Below, one piece after another: positions 29,414 to 39,432 of a DNA stretch of 64,000 nucleotides (position 1 is the first letter of the stretch; every line of letters starts with the position of its first letter). A program made the translations under genes and the position numbers. The notes below the pieces were generated by a model that was not told where the DNA came from, did no database searches, and saw nothing but the letters and a program-made list of their open reading frames with translations. The stretch is from contig CANKMT010000002.1 in assembly GCA_947482825.1 (NCBI GenBank), forward strand, positions 5,166-69,165. The letters are read 5' to 3'. The stretch comes from Betaproteobacteria bacterium (lineage in GTDB: Bacteria > Pseudomonadota > Gammaproteobacteria > Burkholderiales > SG8-39).

Positions 29414-29434
29414 GTTCCACCGGTCCGATTTCTC

Positions 29435-29854
29435 TCAGTCTACCCAAGGATTCAGCAAGGTGATGCCGCAACCTTCGAAATCGCTCACGTTGTGGGTCGC
29501 AACGGCGAAGCGGGCACTGCGTGCTATCGCGGCGATCTGCGCATCGAATTGCGAGATCGGCCGGCCGGAGAGGTGACGGTCTGCAGCGATCTGCGCATAG
29601 GTGCGCGCGGCCTCTCCGCCGAACGGCAGCACCCGGCCTCCGAAGTCCTCGTCAAACATCGATTCCGCTGCAACCTCCAGTGCACCGCGCCGCTTGCCAA
29701 CGGGCAGCAGGGCGATTCCATGCAGAACCTCCGCCTGCGAGACGCTGGTCGTGTAGAGCATCGTCGCCGGGCGACCCGCGACCCATCGCGCAACTTCGGC
29801 TGCCGGCGCCGGCTTCATCAGCTCCGATATGACGTTGGTATCGAGAACGATCAC
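29435..29854 (-). CDS. vapC: PIN-domain toxin (VapC/FitB family)
   Basis: MIVLDTNVISELMKP N-terminus, conserved acidic residues, C-terminal ATHNVSDF. Confidence 0.9.
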   Translation of the reverse strand: MIVLDTNVISELMKPAPAAEVARWVAGRPATMLYTTSVSQAEVLHGIALLPVGKRRGALEVAAESMFDEDFGGRVLPFGGEAARTYAQIAADRHLSGRPISQFDAQIAAIARSARFAVATHNVSDFEGCGITLLNPWVD

Positions 29855-30135
29855 CTGGACGTGGCCTTGCGCCTCGCCTTTACCGCGGGCCTGCCCGCAG
29901 ACGGCGGTTCACGCATCGGCTCGCGTGCGGAGAGATCGAGATCGAGCCCACCGAGCGGCCGGAATCGCGCGCCGATCGCCGCGGCAAGGTCGCGCGGCGC
30001 GGCGTCTTCCTGCGCGAGCGCCGCTCTAAGGATAGTGCGGGCCTCTTCTTCCATCGATCGCTGGCGGTGCGCCGCACGCACCCGCAGGCGGGCCTTGGTA
30101 TGCGCGTCGAGGTTGCGAATGGTGATGCTGGCCAT
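29851..30135 (-). CDS. Ribbon-helix-helix antitoxin (FitA/Arc-like plasmid-stability-type)
   Basis: Internal ATG MASITIRNLDAHTKARLRVRAAHRQRSMEEEARTILR. 4-nt overlap with the PIN gene. Confidence 0.8.
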   Translation of the reverse strand: MASITIRNLDAHTKARLRVRAAHRQRSMEEEARTILRAALAQEDAAPRDLAAAIGARFRPLGGLDLDLSAREPMREPPSAGRPAVKARRKATSR

Positions 30136-30361
30136 GGTGCGGCTCCTGGTGCCATCAATGATTGCATTGTAGGCAAAGCTGCGAACCAAGGCAATCCTGG
30201 CCACCGGTGCGACAGGATTACTTTTCTGCCGCTCGCTGATCAGCGCCAGGCAATTGCTGCCAAATATCGCCCAAAGCCCGCGTCTTTACTGGCTCTCCAG
30301 CCAAATTGCTGCCATCACCACGATCGGAACAGGGGAACCAAAGTTCCCTCGTTACCCCCTC

Positions 30362-31135
30362 CTATCTCGGCACCGCCATATGCGTGCCGCCGTCCACATA
30401 CACCAACTGGCCCGTGGTCTTGGGCGCGCCTTCGATCAGCCACACGATCGATTCGGCCACATCCTCGGGCGAACAGCTTGCGTTCAGCGGATTGTGCGAG
30501 GCATAGCGCTGGGCGTGGGCTGCGGCCTTTTCCGCGCCGTGCGCATTGACCTGCCAGGGCGTGTCGACGTAGCCGGGCAGCACCGCGTTGACGCGAACCT
30601 CCGGGCCCATGACGCGCGCCAGCGAATAGGTCATCGAGTTGAGCGCGCCCTTGGAGGCGGCATACGCGATCGACGAGCCGGTGCCCCACTGGGAGGCGAT
30701 CGACGAGACGTTCACGATCGCCCCCTTGCCGGACTTCTTCAGAGCAGCCGCGCATGCACGCGTCATCTGGAAGCTCGACACCACGTTGGTCTCGTAGATG
30801 CGCACGAAGTCCGCGCCCGACAGGTCGTCGAGCTTCGCGTGCGCCACGAACTTGGTGCTGCCGGCGTTGTTGACGAGGGCATCGATGCGGCCCCACTTGT
30901 CGAGCGCGGTCTGCGCCAGTTGCTTGCAGACCGCGTCGTCGGACACGTCGCCCTGCACTGCGACCGCCTCGGCGCCAAGCGCGACGCAGTCTGCGACCAC
31001 CTTCTCTGCCATTTCGGCGCTTTTCGAGTAATTGATGACGACATTCCATCCGCGGCGCGCAAGCTCGCGCACGGTGGAGGCGCCAATGCCGGACGAGGAG
31101 CCGGTGACGATTGCAACGCGTTTTTCTTTGGACAT
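30362..31135 (-). CDS. Short-chain dehydrogenase/reductase (SDR)
   Basis: VAIVTGSSSGIGAS (TGxxxGxG) and YAASKGAL (YxxxK). Confidence 0.92.
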   Translation of the reverse strand: MSKEKRVAIVTGSSSGIGASTVRELARRGWNVVINYSKSAEMAEKVVADCVALGAEAVAVQGDVSDDAVCKQLAQTALDKWGRIDALVNNAGSTKFVAHAKLDDLSGADFVRIYETNVVSSFQMTRACAAALKKSGKGAIVNVSSIASQWGTGSSIAYAASKGALNSMTYSLARVMGPEVRVNAVLPGYVDTPWQVNAHGAEKAAAHAQRYASHNPLNASCSPEDVAESIVWLIEGAPKTTGQLVYVDGGTHMAVPR

Positions 31136-31148
31136 GGGATTTCCTTGT

Positions 31149-32207
31149 TTATACCGTAGCCACGGCCGCCGACGGCGACCCCACCGCTCCCGGCAGCCGC
31201 AACGGCGGCGCCGTCAGCAGGAACCTGTTGCGTTTGTGGCTACGCAGCCAGTTGGCGAGTTCCGTCAAATACCACATCTCGCCCAGGTGGATGCCGTTCT
31301 TGAACAGGCAATGCTCGTGCAACGGCATCGCGGCATGCGGCCGCGGGTTGAAGATGCTGGCGGGGATGATTTCGACCGCGTAGTTGTCCGAGATGAGCAC
31401 CGCGAGGCCGGAGTCGCTCACCCACTGGAGCAGCTTTTCATCGCGGCCGTCCAGGCCCGTGCCGGTGTTGTTGAGGAGCTTTGCGTCAGGCGCCTTGGCC
31501 AGCTCGAGGATCACGTCGACGAATCCGGTGTAGATGCACACCATGTCGCCCTTCTCCACCGCCACCTTGTCGGCTTCGAGCACGCGCATGAGGTCGTCGT
31601 AGCCGATCGGTTTCCTCTCTCGGCCGTAGTGCGCATGCAGGTCGATCATGACGCCGCGCCCCTGCGCGCCGTGCTCGGCGAGGTTCTGGATGCCCAACGC
31701 CTCGGCCCTGGCGCCCTCGTACTGCGCCCAGGGCTCGACGCCTTCCTTCTTCGGGGCGGGCTTGATGTGTTCCTTCGAGCGGAACCCGTTGTAGAAGACG
31801 ATCTCCGGCGTGCCATCACCATCGGCATCGAAGAGGCTGCCCACATGCGCGAAGCTGTCCCATTGCGTGGAGTACTGCAGCGTCATCAGCACGACGTCGT
31901 CGCACACGACGTCGGTGACCTCGGGGTTGTCCTCGGCCATCGGGTAGCAGAAATTCTGCATGCCAGCGCCCTTGCCGGAGTCGCGGATCGTGGCGAACTG
32001 GCGCGGCGGCAGGCGGCGCGGATTCAGCACGCTGCCGCCAGGAAAATCGAGCGGCATCGAAAGGCAGAACGAGATCCCCTCCTTCACCTCGGCCACGCCC
32101 TGCAGCACTTTCTCGCGCGTCACGTAGTTCATGCGTCCGCGCTGGTCGTCGGGGCCGAACTCGCCCCAGTTGGATCCCGGCGGCCTTTGCTTCCAGCGTT
32201 GCACCAT
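31149..32207 (-). CDS. Cyclase-family (kynurenine-formamidase-like fold) protein
   Basis: Start at MVQRWKQRPPGSNWGEFGPDDQRGRMNYVT preceded by GGGGAGAG. Resembles long cyclase-family proteins. Called from memory of the family only. Confidence 0.7.
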   Translation of the reverse strand: MVQRWKQRPPGSNWGEFGPDDQRGRMNYVTREKVLQGVAEVKEGISFCLSMPLDFPGGSVLNPRRLPPRQFATIRDSGKGAGMQNFCYPMAEDNPEVTDVVCDDVVLMTLQYSTQWDSFAHVGSLFDADGDGTPEIVFYNGFRSKEHIKPAPKKEGVEPWAQYEGARAEALGIQNLAEHGAQGRGVMIDLHAHYGRERKPIGYDDLMRVLEADKVAVEKGDMVCIYTGFVDVILELAKAPDAKLLNNTGTGLDGRDEKLLQWVSDSGLAVLISDNYAVEIIPASIFNPRPHAAMPLHEHCLFKNGIHLGEMWYLTELANWLRSHKRNRFLLTAPPLRLPGAVGSPSAAVATV

Positions 32208-32230
32208 CTTCTCTCCCCTCATGAATAGCG

Positions 32231-32701
32231 TCAGGAATAACTGCGCGTCAGCCACTCGGCCACGAGCACCGGCTTGTCACCGCCTTCGCGTTCCACCGAC
32301 ACGTTCCATGTATTCTGCACGCCGTTGCCCGCAATGGACTCGTATTTCGCAAGGACGAACCGCGCGCGGATCCGCGAACCCGAGGGCAATGGCGCGGTGA
32401 ATCGCACCTTGTTCAGGCCATAGTTGACGCCCATCTTTCGCTCATCGAACGAAAACGTCGACTCGATCAGGTGCGAGAGCAAGGACAGCGTCAGGAACCC
32501 GTGCGCGATGGTCGTGCCGAACGGCCCCGATTTCGCCTTCTCCGGGTCGATGTGGATCCATTGCGGGTCGTCGATGGCCTTGGCAAAGAGGTCGATGCGC
32601 TCCTGTGCGACGGTGAGCCAGGGTGAAACCCCGATCTCCTCGCCTACGCGGCCGGAGAGGTCGCCTACCGCCAGTTTGCGTTCGGATAGATGCGCGCTCA
32701 T
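32231..32701 (-). CDS. MaoC-like hot-dog dehydratase
   Basis: 156 aa. DPQWIHIDPEKAKSGPFGTTIAHGFLTLSLL. Confidence 0.88.
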   Translation of the reverse strand: MSAHLSERKLAVGDLSGRVGEEIGVSPWLTVAQERIDLFAKAIDDPQWIHIDPEKAKSGPFGTTIAHGFLTLSLLSHLIESTFSFDERKMGVNYGLNKVRFTAPLPSGSRIRARFVLAKYESIAGNGVQNTWNVSVEREGGDKPVLVAEWLTRSYS

Positions 32702-33600
32702 GCTTTGCCTTTCAAAATGAATTTCCTGATTTCCGAATTCACGAGGTCGGGCTTCTCGTCCGTTACCCAGTGCGTCGCGTCCGGCACGCGCACCACCTCG
32801 ACGCCCGGCACCACTTCGTCGATCCCATCGAGGATCGAAGGCAGCAGCGCGCGGTCCTTCTCGCCCCAGATCACCAGCGTGGGCACCTTGACCACGAAAT
32901 CCTTCGCTTCGAGCTTGAGCTTACCGGCGCCCGCATCGTCCGCCGTCGGCGGATACAGGGGCGAGGCGCGATAGTAATTCAGGCTGCCGGTGAGCGCGCC
33001 GGGCTGCGACCACGCTTGGACATAGGCGGCCTTGTCGGCCTCGAGCGCCGGCCCCGGCGAGCGATCGGCAAAGCGCATCTTCAGCAACCGCTCGAAATTG
33101 TTCTCCGAGAGGACTCGCTCGGCCTTCGGGTCGCGCAGGAGCAGCATGTATTCGCTTGCCTTTTGCTGCGCCGGGCTGTTGGAGAGTTCCCGCCAAAAAA
33201 GGTAGGGATGCGGCGAATTGATGATGACAAGGTGCGACAGCAATTCCGGTTGCGTCTGGGCAAGCGTCCACGCGACCGCGCCTCCCCAGTCGTGCGCAAC
33301 CAGCACGAACTTGTCCTGCGTGAAGGTGCGCGCAAGCTGGCGGATGTCCTCGACCAACACCTTGGCGCGGTAGTCGCGCACCTCCGCCGGGCAGTCCGAC
33401 AGGTTGTAGCCACGCATGTCCGGCGCGACCGCGTGATAGTCGCGGCCGAGGTCGAGGAGCTGCTTTTCCCAGCAGCGCCAGAACTCGGGAAAGCCGTGCA
33501 GGAACAGGACGAGCCTGCCGCTGCCGGCCGACTCGTAGTGCAGGCGCACGCCATTGACCTGCGCGTAGCCGGTTTGCCGTGCGTCGTTCATTCCAGGCAC
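32698..33600 (-). CDS. Alpha/beta hydrolase (epoxide hydrolase / haloalkane dehalogenase-like)
   Basis: LVLFLHGFPEFWRCWEKQ and nucleophile elbow VAHDWGG. Confidence 0.88.
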   Translation of the reverse strand: MPGMNDARQTGYAQVNGVRLHYESAGSGRLVLFLHGFPEFWRCWEKQLLDLGRDYHAVAPDMRGYNLSDCPAEVRDYRAKVLVEDIRQLARTFTQDKFVLVAHDWGGAVAWTLAQTQPELLSHLVIINSPHPYLFWRELSNSPAQQKASEYMLLLRDPKAERVLSENNFERLLKMRFADRSPGPALEADKAAYVQAWSQPGALTGSLNYYRASPLYPPTADDAGAGKLKLEAKDFVVKVPTLVIWGEKDRALLPSILDGIDEVVPGVEVVRVPDATHWVTDEKPDLVNSEIRKFILKGKA

Positions 33601-34262
33601 CGGGTCACTCCCTGCGCGATTGCGTTCGCGATGAGGGCTTGTGTTTCGGGCCGGGCGAGCCGGGCCTCTTCATTGCGGTTGACGATCACCCCGGCCTCGA
33701 AAAGCAGCGCCGGCGTGGTTGCATGCTTCGCCACCGCGAGATTGTCGAAATAGTGCACGCCATTGGTCTCGTCGGCAAACGGCCGGGCCTCGCCCAGCAC
33801 CGGGTCGGCATGGTAGAGCGAACGCGTGAAGCCTGCCTTGAGCATCTGCGCGCCGATCGCCGAGGCGCACGCCAGACTTTTTGTGACCTGCGGGTTGGTG
33901 CGTGAAACGAAAAGAGAGAACCCGGCAAACTTGTCCGCCACCGGCAGGTATTGCTCCTGCACCGAATCGTGGTGGATCGACACGAAAAGGTCGGCGCCGC
34001 GCGCGGCCTTCACCCGCTCGTACAGGTCGGCAAAGTCGCCGCGCTCGCCGATCATGCGCACGCGAAGGCCGGCCGCCTCTAGTGTTTCACGCACCTTGAA
34101 TGCGAGGGCCTTGTTGTATTCGAACTCCGGCACGCCGGTGACCGAGATGACGCCGGGCTTTTCGAGGAAATGTCCGACGTCGAGCGCAACCTCCGGCGCG
34201 GTTGCGCCAACCGCCGCAGCCGCCGGCAGACAGGCAGCGACGAGCGCGAGCCACCGGCGCAT
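33588..34262 (-). CDS. N-acetylmuramoyl-L-alanine amidase (Amidase_3 family), secreted
   Basis: Signal peptide, then DVGHF...EFEYNKALA...DLFVSIHHDS. Confidence 0.85.
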   Translation of the reverse strand: MRRWLALVAACLPAAAAVGATAPEVALDVGHFLEKPGVISVTGVPEFEYNKALAFKVRETLEAAGLRVRMIGERGDFADLYERVKAARGADLFVSIHHDSVQEQYLPVADKFAGFSLFVSRTNPQVTKSLACASAIGAQMLKAGFTRSLYHADPVLGEARPFADETNGVHYFDNLAVAKHATTPALLFEAGVIVNRNEEARLARPETQALIANAIAQGVTRCLE

Positions 34263-34263
34263 T

Positions 34264-35031
34264 TCAGAACCGGGAGAAATCGGGCTTGCGCTTCTCGAAG
34301 AAGGCCTGCATCGCTTCCTTGGCCTCCGGGGAGCCGAGTTGCGCGCGGAATTTCTCGCCCTCGGCGGCCATGGCTTCCCTTACGGCGGAAGCGTGGCGCG
34401 ATTTCATCAGCGCCTTGGTCATGCGCACCGACGAGGGCGGCAATGCGGCGATGCCTTCGGCCACTTCGACTGCGTATTCGAGCAGGTCGCCATCGGGCAC
34501 GATCTCGGTCACGATGCCCGCAGCGAGCGCTTTCTCGGCCGTAAACGGCTTGCCGAGGAGGAGCAGCTCGGCGGCGCGTTGGTAACCGGCGAGCATCGGC
34601 AGGAGCAGGCTCGACGCGGCTTCGGGCACCAGGCCGAGGGTCACGAACGGCATCTGGAACCGGGCGTTCGGCGCGGCGTAGACGAAGTCGCAGTGCAGGA
34701 GCATCGTCGTGCCGATTCCCACCGCCGGCCCGCCAACCGCGGCGACGATCGGTTTGGTGGCGCTGGCAATCGCCTGCAAGAACTGGAACACCGGCGAGTT
34801 GTCGCCGGCCGGCGGTCGCTCGAGGAAATCCTTGAGGTCGTTGCCCGCAGTGAAGCAGTCGGGCTTGCCGTGGATGAGGACCACGCGCACCTGCGGGTCC
34901 GCCTCTGCGGCGCGCAGCGCATCGGCCATCGCCTGGTACATGTCGGCGGTGATCGCGTTCTTGCGTTCGGCGCGGTCGATCTCGATCGAGAGGACGCGGT
35001 TGCTGTTGTTGACTTTGACGTGTGTGCTCAT
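34264..35031 (-). CDS. Enoyl-CoA hydratase/isomerase (crotonase family)
   Basis: 255 aa. IEIDRAERKNAI...GKPDCFTAGNDLKD. Confidence 0.9.
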   Translation of the reverse strand: MSTHVKVNNSNRVLSIEIDRAERKNAITADMYQAMADALRAAEADPQVRVVLIHGKPDCFTAGNDLKDFLERPPAGDNSPVFQFLQAIASATKPIVAAVGGPAVGIGTTMLLHCDFVYAAPNARFQMPFVTLGLVPEAASSLLLPMLAGYQRAAELLLLGKPFTAEKALAAGIVTEIVPDGDLLEYAVEVAEGIAALPPSSVRMTKALMKSRHASAVREAMAAEGEKFRAQLGSPEAKEAMQAFFEKRKPDFSRF

Positions 35032-35034
35032 GGG

Positions 35035-36156
35035 TTACTCGAGGATGGCAATGCGGTTGCGTCCCGCGTGCTTCGCATCGTACAGCGCGGTGTCCGCGCG
35101 GTGCAGGACCTGGTCGATGGCCTCGTCCTTGCGGAACCCGGCGACGCCCATCGACACGGTCAACGAAAGGCCGGGGGCAAGAGCCCCCCAGTCGGCCGCC
35201 GCGAGCCCGGCCCGGATGCGCTCCAGCGCCGGCCCGGCATCGCCCGGCCGGGTCGCGGTGAGGATCAGCAGGAACTCCTCGCCGCCATAGCGCCCGAAAA
35301 CGTCGGTGTCGCGCATCGTCGACTGCACGGTCGAGGCGAACTTGCGCAGCACCTCGTCGCCGACGCCGTGGCCGAACGTGTCGTTGACGACCTTGAAGTG
35401 GTCGAGGTCCATCATCGCCACGCTCAAGGGGGCCCCGGTGCGCTCGGCGCGGTTGCGCTCCTGCTCGAGCCGTTCGGTGAGCGTGCGGCGGTTGTAGGCC
35501 TTGGTGAGCTCGTCGTAGTGCACCAGTTCCTGCACCTGCTCGAGCGATGCGGCCAGCTTGCGGCGCCCTTCGGCCAGGCGGGTGCGCAGTTCGTTGGCGT
35601 AGATGCTCAGAAAAAGGCACCGGCCCAGGATCGCGGTGAAGCACAGCCAGGTCACCGTGGTTTCGGCCGCATTGGATGCGGCAAACCCGGCGCTCGCGCC
35701 CACTTGCCAGAAAGTGAACCCCACCACGGCGGCGCTGGAGGCCAGGAGGATCAGCGAATTGCGCAGGCTCATCCAGAGGACGCCGAACGCGAACACCGTG
35801 AACAGGTTGATGAGGAACGGGAACGCGATGCGCGGCGCGAGGCACACCACGAGCACCTGCACGCCCACGGCCGCGAGCGCCTGCGGCAGGATCAGGTTGC
35901 GGTCGCCGAACCTGAGGTTCAATCCGCTGGCATACAGCGCATACATCGATGCGCACACAACGGCCGCGGCGGCGGCGTGGACGCCCAGCATATGCGCCGG
36001 AAGCGTTCCTGCAAGCACGAACAAGCCCACGAACAGCGAATCGAGCGCATAGGACGCGGCCGCGTAGGCGGTCCATCGGATGCGTTCCTTCTGGGCGCGC
36101 TCGCCGGCACGCGACGCCCTCAGCGCTTCCTCGAGCTTGTCCTCGCCCTCGACCAC
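35035..36156 (-). CDS. Membrane-anchored diguanylate cyclase (GGDEF domain)
   Basis: Multi-helix N-terminal hydrophobic domain and a C-terminal GGDEF domain with RYGGEEFLLIL active site. Confidence 0.88.
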   Translation of the reverse strand: MVEGEDKLEEALRASRAGERAQKERIRWTAYAAASYALDSLFVGLFVLAGTLPAHMLGVHAAAAAVVCASMYALYASGLNLRFGDRNLILPQALAAVGVQVLVVCLAPRIAFPFLINLFTVFAFGVLWMSLRNSLILLASSAAVVGFTFWQVGASAGFAASNAAETTVTWLCFTAILGRCLFLSIYANELRTRLAEGRRKLAASLEQVQELVHYDELTKAYNRRTLTERLEQERNRAERTGAPLSVAMMDLDHFKVVNDTFGHGVGDEVLRKFASTVQSTMRDTDVFGRYGGEEFLLILTATRPGDAGPALERIRAGLAAADWGALAPGLSLTVSMGVAGFRKDEAIDQVLHRADTALYDAKHAGRNRIAILE

Positions 36157-36168
36157 GCGCGGCGCCCG

Positions 36169-37791
36169 TCAGCCCGGGAGACGGTAATCCTTCATCTCGC
36201 CGCGCAAGGTGAGCTTCGAGAGCTTGCCGGTGGCGGTGTGCGGCAGCTGCTCGACGAACACGACGTCCTCCGGCATCCACCACTTGGCGATCTTGCCCTC
36301 GTAGAACTTGAGCAGCTCCTCCTTGCTGACCGTCGCCCCCGGCTTCCTGATCGCCACGACGATCGGGCGCTCGTCCCACTTGGGATGCTTGACGCCGATG
36401 ACCGCGGCTTCCTGGATGCCCGGATGCGCGACCGCGATGTTCTCGAGGTCGATCGAGCTGATCCATTCGCCGCCGGACTTGATCACGTCCTTGGACCGGT
36501 CGGTGATCTGCATGTAGCCGTCCGGGTCGATCGTGGCCACGTCGCCGGTGGGAAACCAGCCGCCGAGCAAAGGGTCGCCGCCCTCGTCCTTGAAGTACGA
36601 GGAGGTGACCCACGGGCCCTTAACGAGCAGGTCGCCGAAAGCCTTGCCATCGTTCGGCAGCGTGTTGCCGTCGGTGTCGACGATTTTCATGTCGACGCCG
36701 AAGATCACCCGGCCCTGCTTGTACTGCACGGCGTTGCGCGCTTCCTTGTCGGCCTTCGCGTGCTTGCCCTTGAAGGTCGCCACGGTGCCCAGCGGGCTCA
36801 TCTCGGTCATGCCCCAAGCGTGCAGCACCTTGACGCCGAACTCGTCCTGGAAGCTCTTGATCATCGCCGGCGGGCAGGCCGAGCCGCCGATGACGGTGGA
36901 CTTCAGGGTGGAGAACTCGAGCTTCTGCTGCTTCATGTAGTTGAGCAGCCCGAGCCACACGGTGGGCACGCCGGCGCTCATCGTGACGCCTTCGTTCTCG
37001 AACATCTCGTGCAGGCTCTTGCCGTCGAGATGCTGGCCGGGGAACACGAGCTTGGCGCCCATCAGCGCGCAGCTGTAGGGCAGGCCCCAGGCGTTGACGT
37101 GGAACATCGGCACTACGGGCAGGATCGTGTCTGCGGCCGAAAGGTTGAGCGCATCCGGCAGCGCGGCCGCATAGGCGTGCAGCATCGTGCTGCGGTGGCT
37201 GTAGAGCACACCCTTGGGGTTGCCAGTGGTGCCGGAGGTGTAGCACAGGCAGGAAGCGGTCTTCTCGTCGAAAGTCGGCCACTCGAGCTGGTCGTCGTTG
37301 GCGTCGATCAGCTCTTCGTAGCACAGCAGGTTCGCCATCGCCGACTTCGGCATGTGAGCCCTGTCGGTCATGACCACGAAATGCTTCACCGACTTCAGGC
37401 TCGGCGCGACCTTTTCCAGCAGCGGCACGAAGGTCAGGTCGACGAATAGCACCTTGTCCTCTGCGTGGTTGGCGATGTAGACCACCTGCTCCGGAAACAG
37501 GCGCGGGTTGATCGTGTGGATCACCGCGCCCGAGCCCGCCACCGCGTAGTAGATCTCGAAGTGCCGGTAGCCGTTCCAGGCCAGCGTCGCGACCCGGTCG
37601 TGCATCCCCACGCCCAGGCCCGCGAGGGCTTTGGCCAGCCGCCTGGAGCGCTTGTGGGCTTCGCGATAGTTGTAGCGGTGAAAATCCCCCTCGACGCGCT
37701 TGGACACGATTTCGGTGTCGCCATGGTGCCGGTCGGCGTGGCGAATGAGGTCGCTGATCAAGAGCGGCATGTCCATCATCAGGCCGTTCAT
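36169..37791 (-). CDS. Long/medium-chain fatty-acid--CoA ligase (AMP-binding family)
   Basis: 540 aa. AMP-binding motif [12 protein letters not shown] and [12 protein letters not shown]. Confidence 0.92.
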   Translation of the reverse strand: MNGLMMDMPLLISDLIRHADRHHGDTEIVSKRVEGDFHRYNYREAHKRSRRLAKALAGLGVGMHDRVATLAWNGYRHFEIYYAVAGSGAVIHTINPRLFPEQVVYIANHAEDKVLFVDLTFVPLLEKVAPSLKSVKHFVVMTDRAHMPKSAMANLLCYEELIDANDDQLEWPTFDEKTASCLCYTSGTTGNPKGVLYSHRSTMLHAYAAALPDALNLSAADTILPVVPMFHVNAWGLPYSCALMGAKLVFPGQHLDGKSLHEMFENEGVTMSAGVPTVWLGLLNYMKQQKLEFSTLKSTVIGGSACPPAMIKSFQDEFGVKVLHAWGMTEMSPLGTVATFKGKHAKADKEARNAVQYKQGRVIFGVDMKIVDTDGNTLPNDGKAFGDLLVKGPWVTSSYFKDEGGDPLLGGWFPTGDVATIDPDGYMQITDRSKDVIKSGGEWISSIDLENIAVAHPGIQEAAVIGVKHPKWDERPIVVAIRKPGATVSKEELLKFYEGKIAKWWMPEDVVFVEQLPHTATGKLSKLTLRGEMKDYRLPG

Positions 37792-37867
37792 GTTTGTCTC
37801 CTTAGAACTGTTGTTTGGAGCGAGGGTAGCGGGACTGGGCGGGGGAGTAAATAGGAATGCTCGTTGC

Positions 37868-38335
37868 CTACTTGACCGTCCGTGGAGCTCGCCTTCTGGG
37901 CCGCAGCGCCCCGTGGCCGAGAAGATTCCTGAGCGGCAGGCCGGTTTTCATCCGATAGATGTCGAAGTCGCGGTCGATCGACAGGACCGCGTCCACACCC
38001 AGCCGGGCACAGGCTTCGGCAAGCGTCGCATCGGCGAAATCGAACGGCAGGTCCCGGTACTTGCGGACGATCTCTATGACGCGCCGCAGGCTTCCGGGCG
38101 CGAACTCGACGAGCGCGAGGCCACCTCGCTCCACCCATTCGAGGAAGTCGAGCTGTGCCGCGTGGCCCACGCGGGCGGCAAGCAGGGCCGTGGTTTCGGT
38201 GACTACGGCGGCGGTGGTGAGGAGCCTCACGTCGGGGTGATCGCGTAGCCAGGCCGCGACACGCAGATGGTGCGCGTCGCTCCGGTCGAACAGCGCTAGC
38301 AGCGGCCCGCTATCCGCGAGCGCGGCGTTTCGCAT
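37868..38335 (-). CDS. PIN-domain protein (putative toxin)
   Basis: 155 aa. LADSGPLLALFDRSD N-terminus and late FADATLAE...SIDRDF, consistent with PIN acidic residues. Overlaps the upstream RHH gene by 26 nt. Confidence 0.8.
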   Translation of the reverse strand: MRNAALADSGPLLALFDRSDAHHLRVAAWLRDHPDVRLLTTAAVVTETTALLAARVGHAAQLDFLEWVERGGLALVEFAPGSLRRVIEIVRKYRDLPFDFADATLAEACARLGVDAVLSIDRDFDIYRMKTGLPLRNLLGHGALRPRRRAPRTVK

Positions 38336-38558
38336 CCGTCAGGCCCGAATAGAGTTCGCGCCGGCGAGTCGAGAGATCGTCGCGGCCGCTCGCATGGCGG
38401 CCGAAAAGATCCTTGCCGAGATCGTACGGCGAGCGGACCTGCGCGAGGTAGTCACGCAATGCCGCCTGCACCAACGCGCTCTTGGTGGTGCCATCGGCGG
38501 CGCAGCGCCGCTCGAGCGCCGCCTCGAGTTCGGGGTCGAGCTTCACGGTCAGGGTCAT
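38310..38558 (-). CDS. Ribbon-helix-helix (CopG-like) antitoxin
   Basis: 82 aa. MTLTVKLDPELEAALERRCAADGTTKSALVQAALRDYL is a typical RHH N-terminus. Confidence 0.75.
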   Translation of the reverse strand: MTLTVKLDPELEAALERRCAADGTTKSALVQAALRDYLAQVRSPYDLGKDLFGRHASGRDDLSTRRRELYSGLTDAKRRARG

Positions 38559-38586
38559 GGCAGGCGTCCGGGGGTGGATGGCGCGA

Positions 38587-38608
38587 TAATACCAGAAGTA
38601 ATACCAGA
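38587..38608 (-). promoter_or_regulatory. Candidate operator/promoter of the RHH-PIN module
   Basis: On the coding strand TCTGGTATTA occurs twice 12 bp apart (TCTGGTATTAcTTCTGGTATTAT, including a TATTAT -10-like hexamer) 30-50 nt upstream of the RHH ATG. A third degenerate copy (TCCGGTATTG) is at 38627-38636. Confidence 0.35.
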
Positions 38609-38696
38609 CGCAGGCGGCCCGCCCGGCAATACCGGATAGGCCTGCGTCCGCATCGGCTTTCTCGCCGACAAGACGAGAACGACCACCGGTTCCGTG

Positions 38697-38897
38697 TCAG
38701 CGACTGCGCTTCGCACGGATCGCCCGCCGCGCTTCGGCCTTCGCGTTCGCGGCAACCGGTCCTGGCGGCGACCTGTCGCACCCGATCACCCCAAGCCGCG
38801 CGGCTATCTCGTATGAACTTGCCTCGGGCTTGCGCGCGAGATTGGTCGCGACCGCCGATTTGGCATTGCGCCGGCCTGTGGAGCGGGCGCCGCTCAT
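38697..38897 (-). CDS. Hypothetical small basic protein
   Basis: 66-aa ORF whose ATG overlaps the Uma2 stop (ATGA), which suggests translational coupling. No family recognised. Confidence 0.35.
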   Translation of the reverse strand: MSGARSTGRRNAKSAVATNLARKPEASSYEIAARLGVIGCDRSPPGPVAANAKAEARRAIRAKRSR

Positions 38898-39412
38898 ACC
38901 CGCGGAATCGACGGCGGGATCTCGACTTCGGCGACGAACGCGCTGCGGGCCAAGGCGCCTTCCGGGCCGATGAAGGACACGCCTTCGCGCGCGCGGACCA
39001 GCCAGACTTCCCGTGCCCCGGCGGCGAGAAATGCCTTCACCTTGGCATCGGTTTCCTTGATGCTGTTCGACGGCGAGAGGACCTCTACACAGATCTCAGG
39101 AGCGCGTCCAAACAGCGTATTGGCGGCCTGCTCCTGCACGAATTCAGACGAACCCCAGGCGACATCCGGCACCCGCACGCCGGCCGCCGTCAGAATGGAG
39201 CACCCCGTATAGACCAAGCCATCGCGCAGCCTCTCGCCCAGAAAATGCGCCAGGTGGGCCTGCACCGCGCCATGCCAGTTGTTGGCTGGGCGCATCTCGA
39301 TCGTCCCCTCCGCATTCAACTCGACCTTGTACGGAAGATCCCGAAGGCTTTCGTCATTGACGACCTCCGCCCAGCGTGCGACGAGCATTTCCCGTTTGCC
39401 GATGGTGCCCAT
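38894..39412 (-). CDS. Uma2-family (DUF820) PD-(D/E)xK endonuclease
   Basis: 172 aa. ...VELNAEGTIEMRPANNWHGAVQ...VPDVAW...EICVEVLSPSNSIKETDAKVKAFLAAGAREVWLV matches the Uma2 pattern. Confidence 0.8.
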   Translation of the reverse strand: MGTIGKREMLVARWAEVVNDESLRDLPYKVELNAEGTIEMRPANNWHGAVQAHLAHFLGERLRDGLVYTGCSILTAAGVRVPDVAWGSSEFVQEQAANTLFGRAPEICVEVLSPSNSIKETDAKVKAFLAAGAREVWLVRAREGVSFIGPEGALARSAFVAEVEIPPSIPRV

Positions 39413-39432
39413 GAGCCACTCTACGCCTGGCT

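Noticed and set aside
33826-37449. Very long ORFs such as the 1207-aa ORF here, plus 3288-5543 (+), 10749-13661 (+, N-terminal two thirds), 28016-30172 (+), 34079-36613 (-), 17394-18677 (-), 18995-20470 (-), 23106-24266 (+) and 26287-27525 (+).
   Set aside because: They run antisense to or out of frame with genes that have clear family signatures. Their translations are Arg/Ala/Gly/Pro-rich low-complexity strings, typical of stop-codon-poor alternative frames in high-GC DNA.
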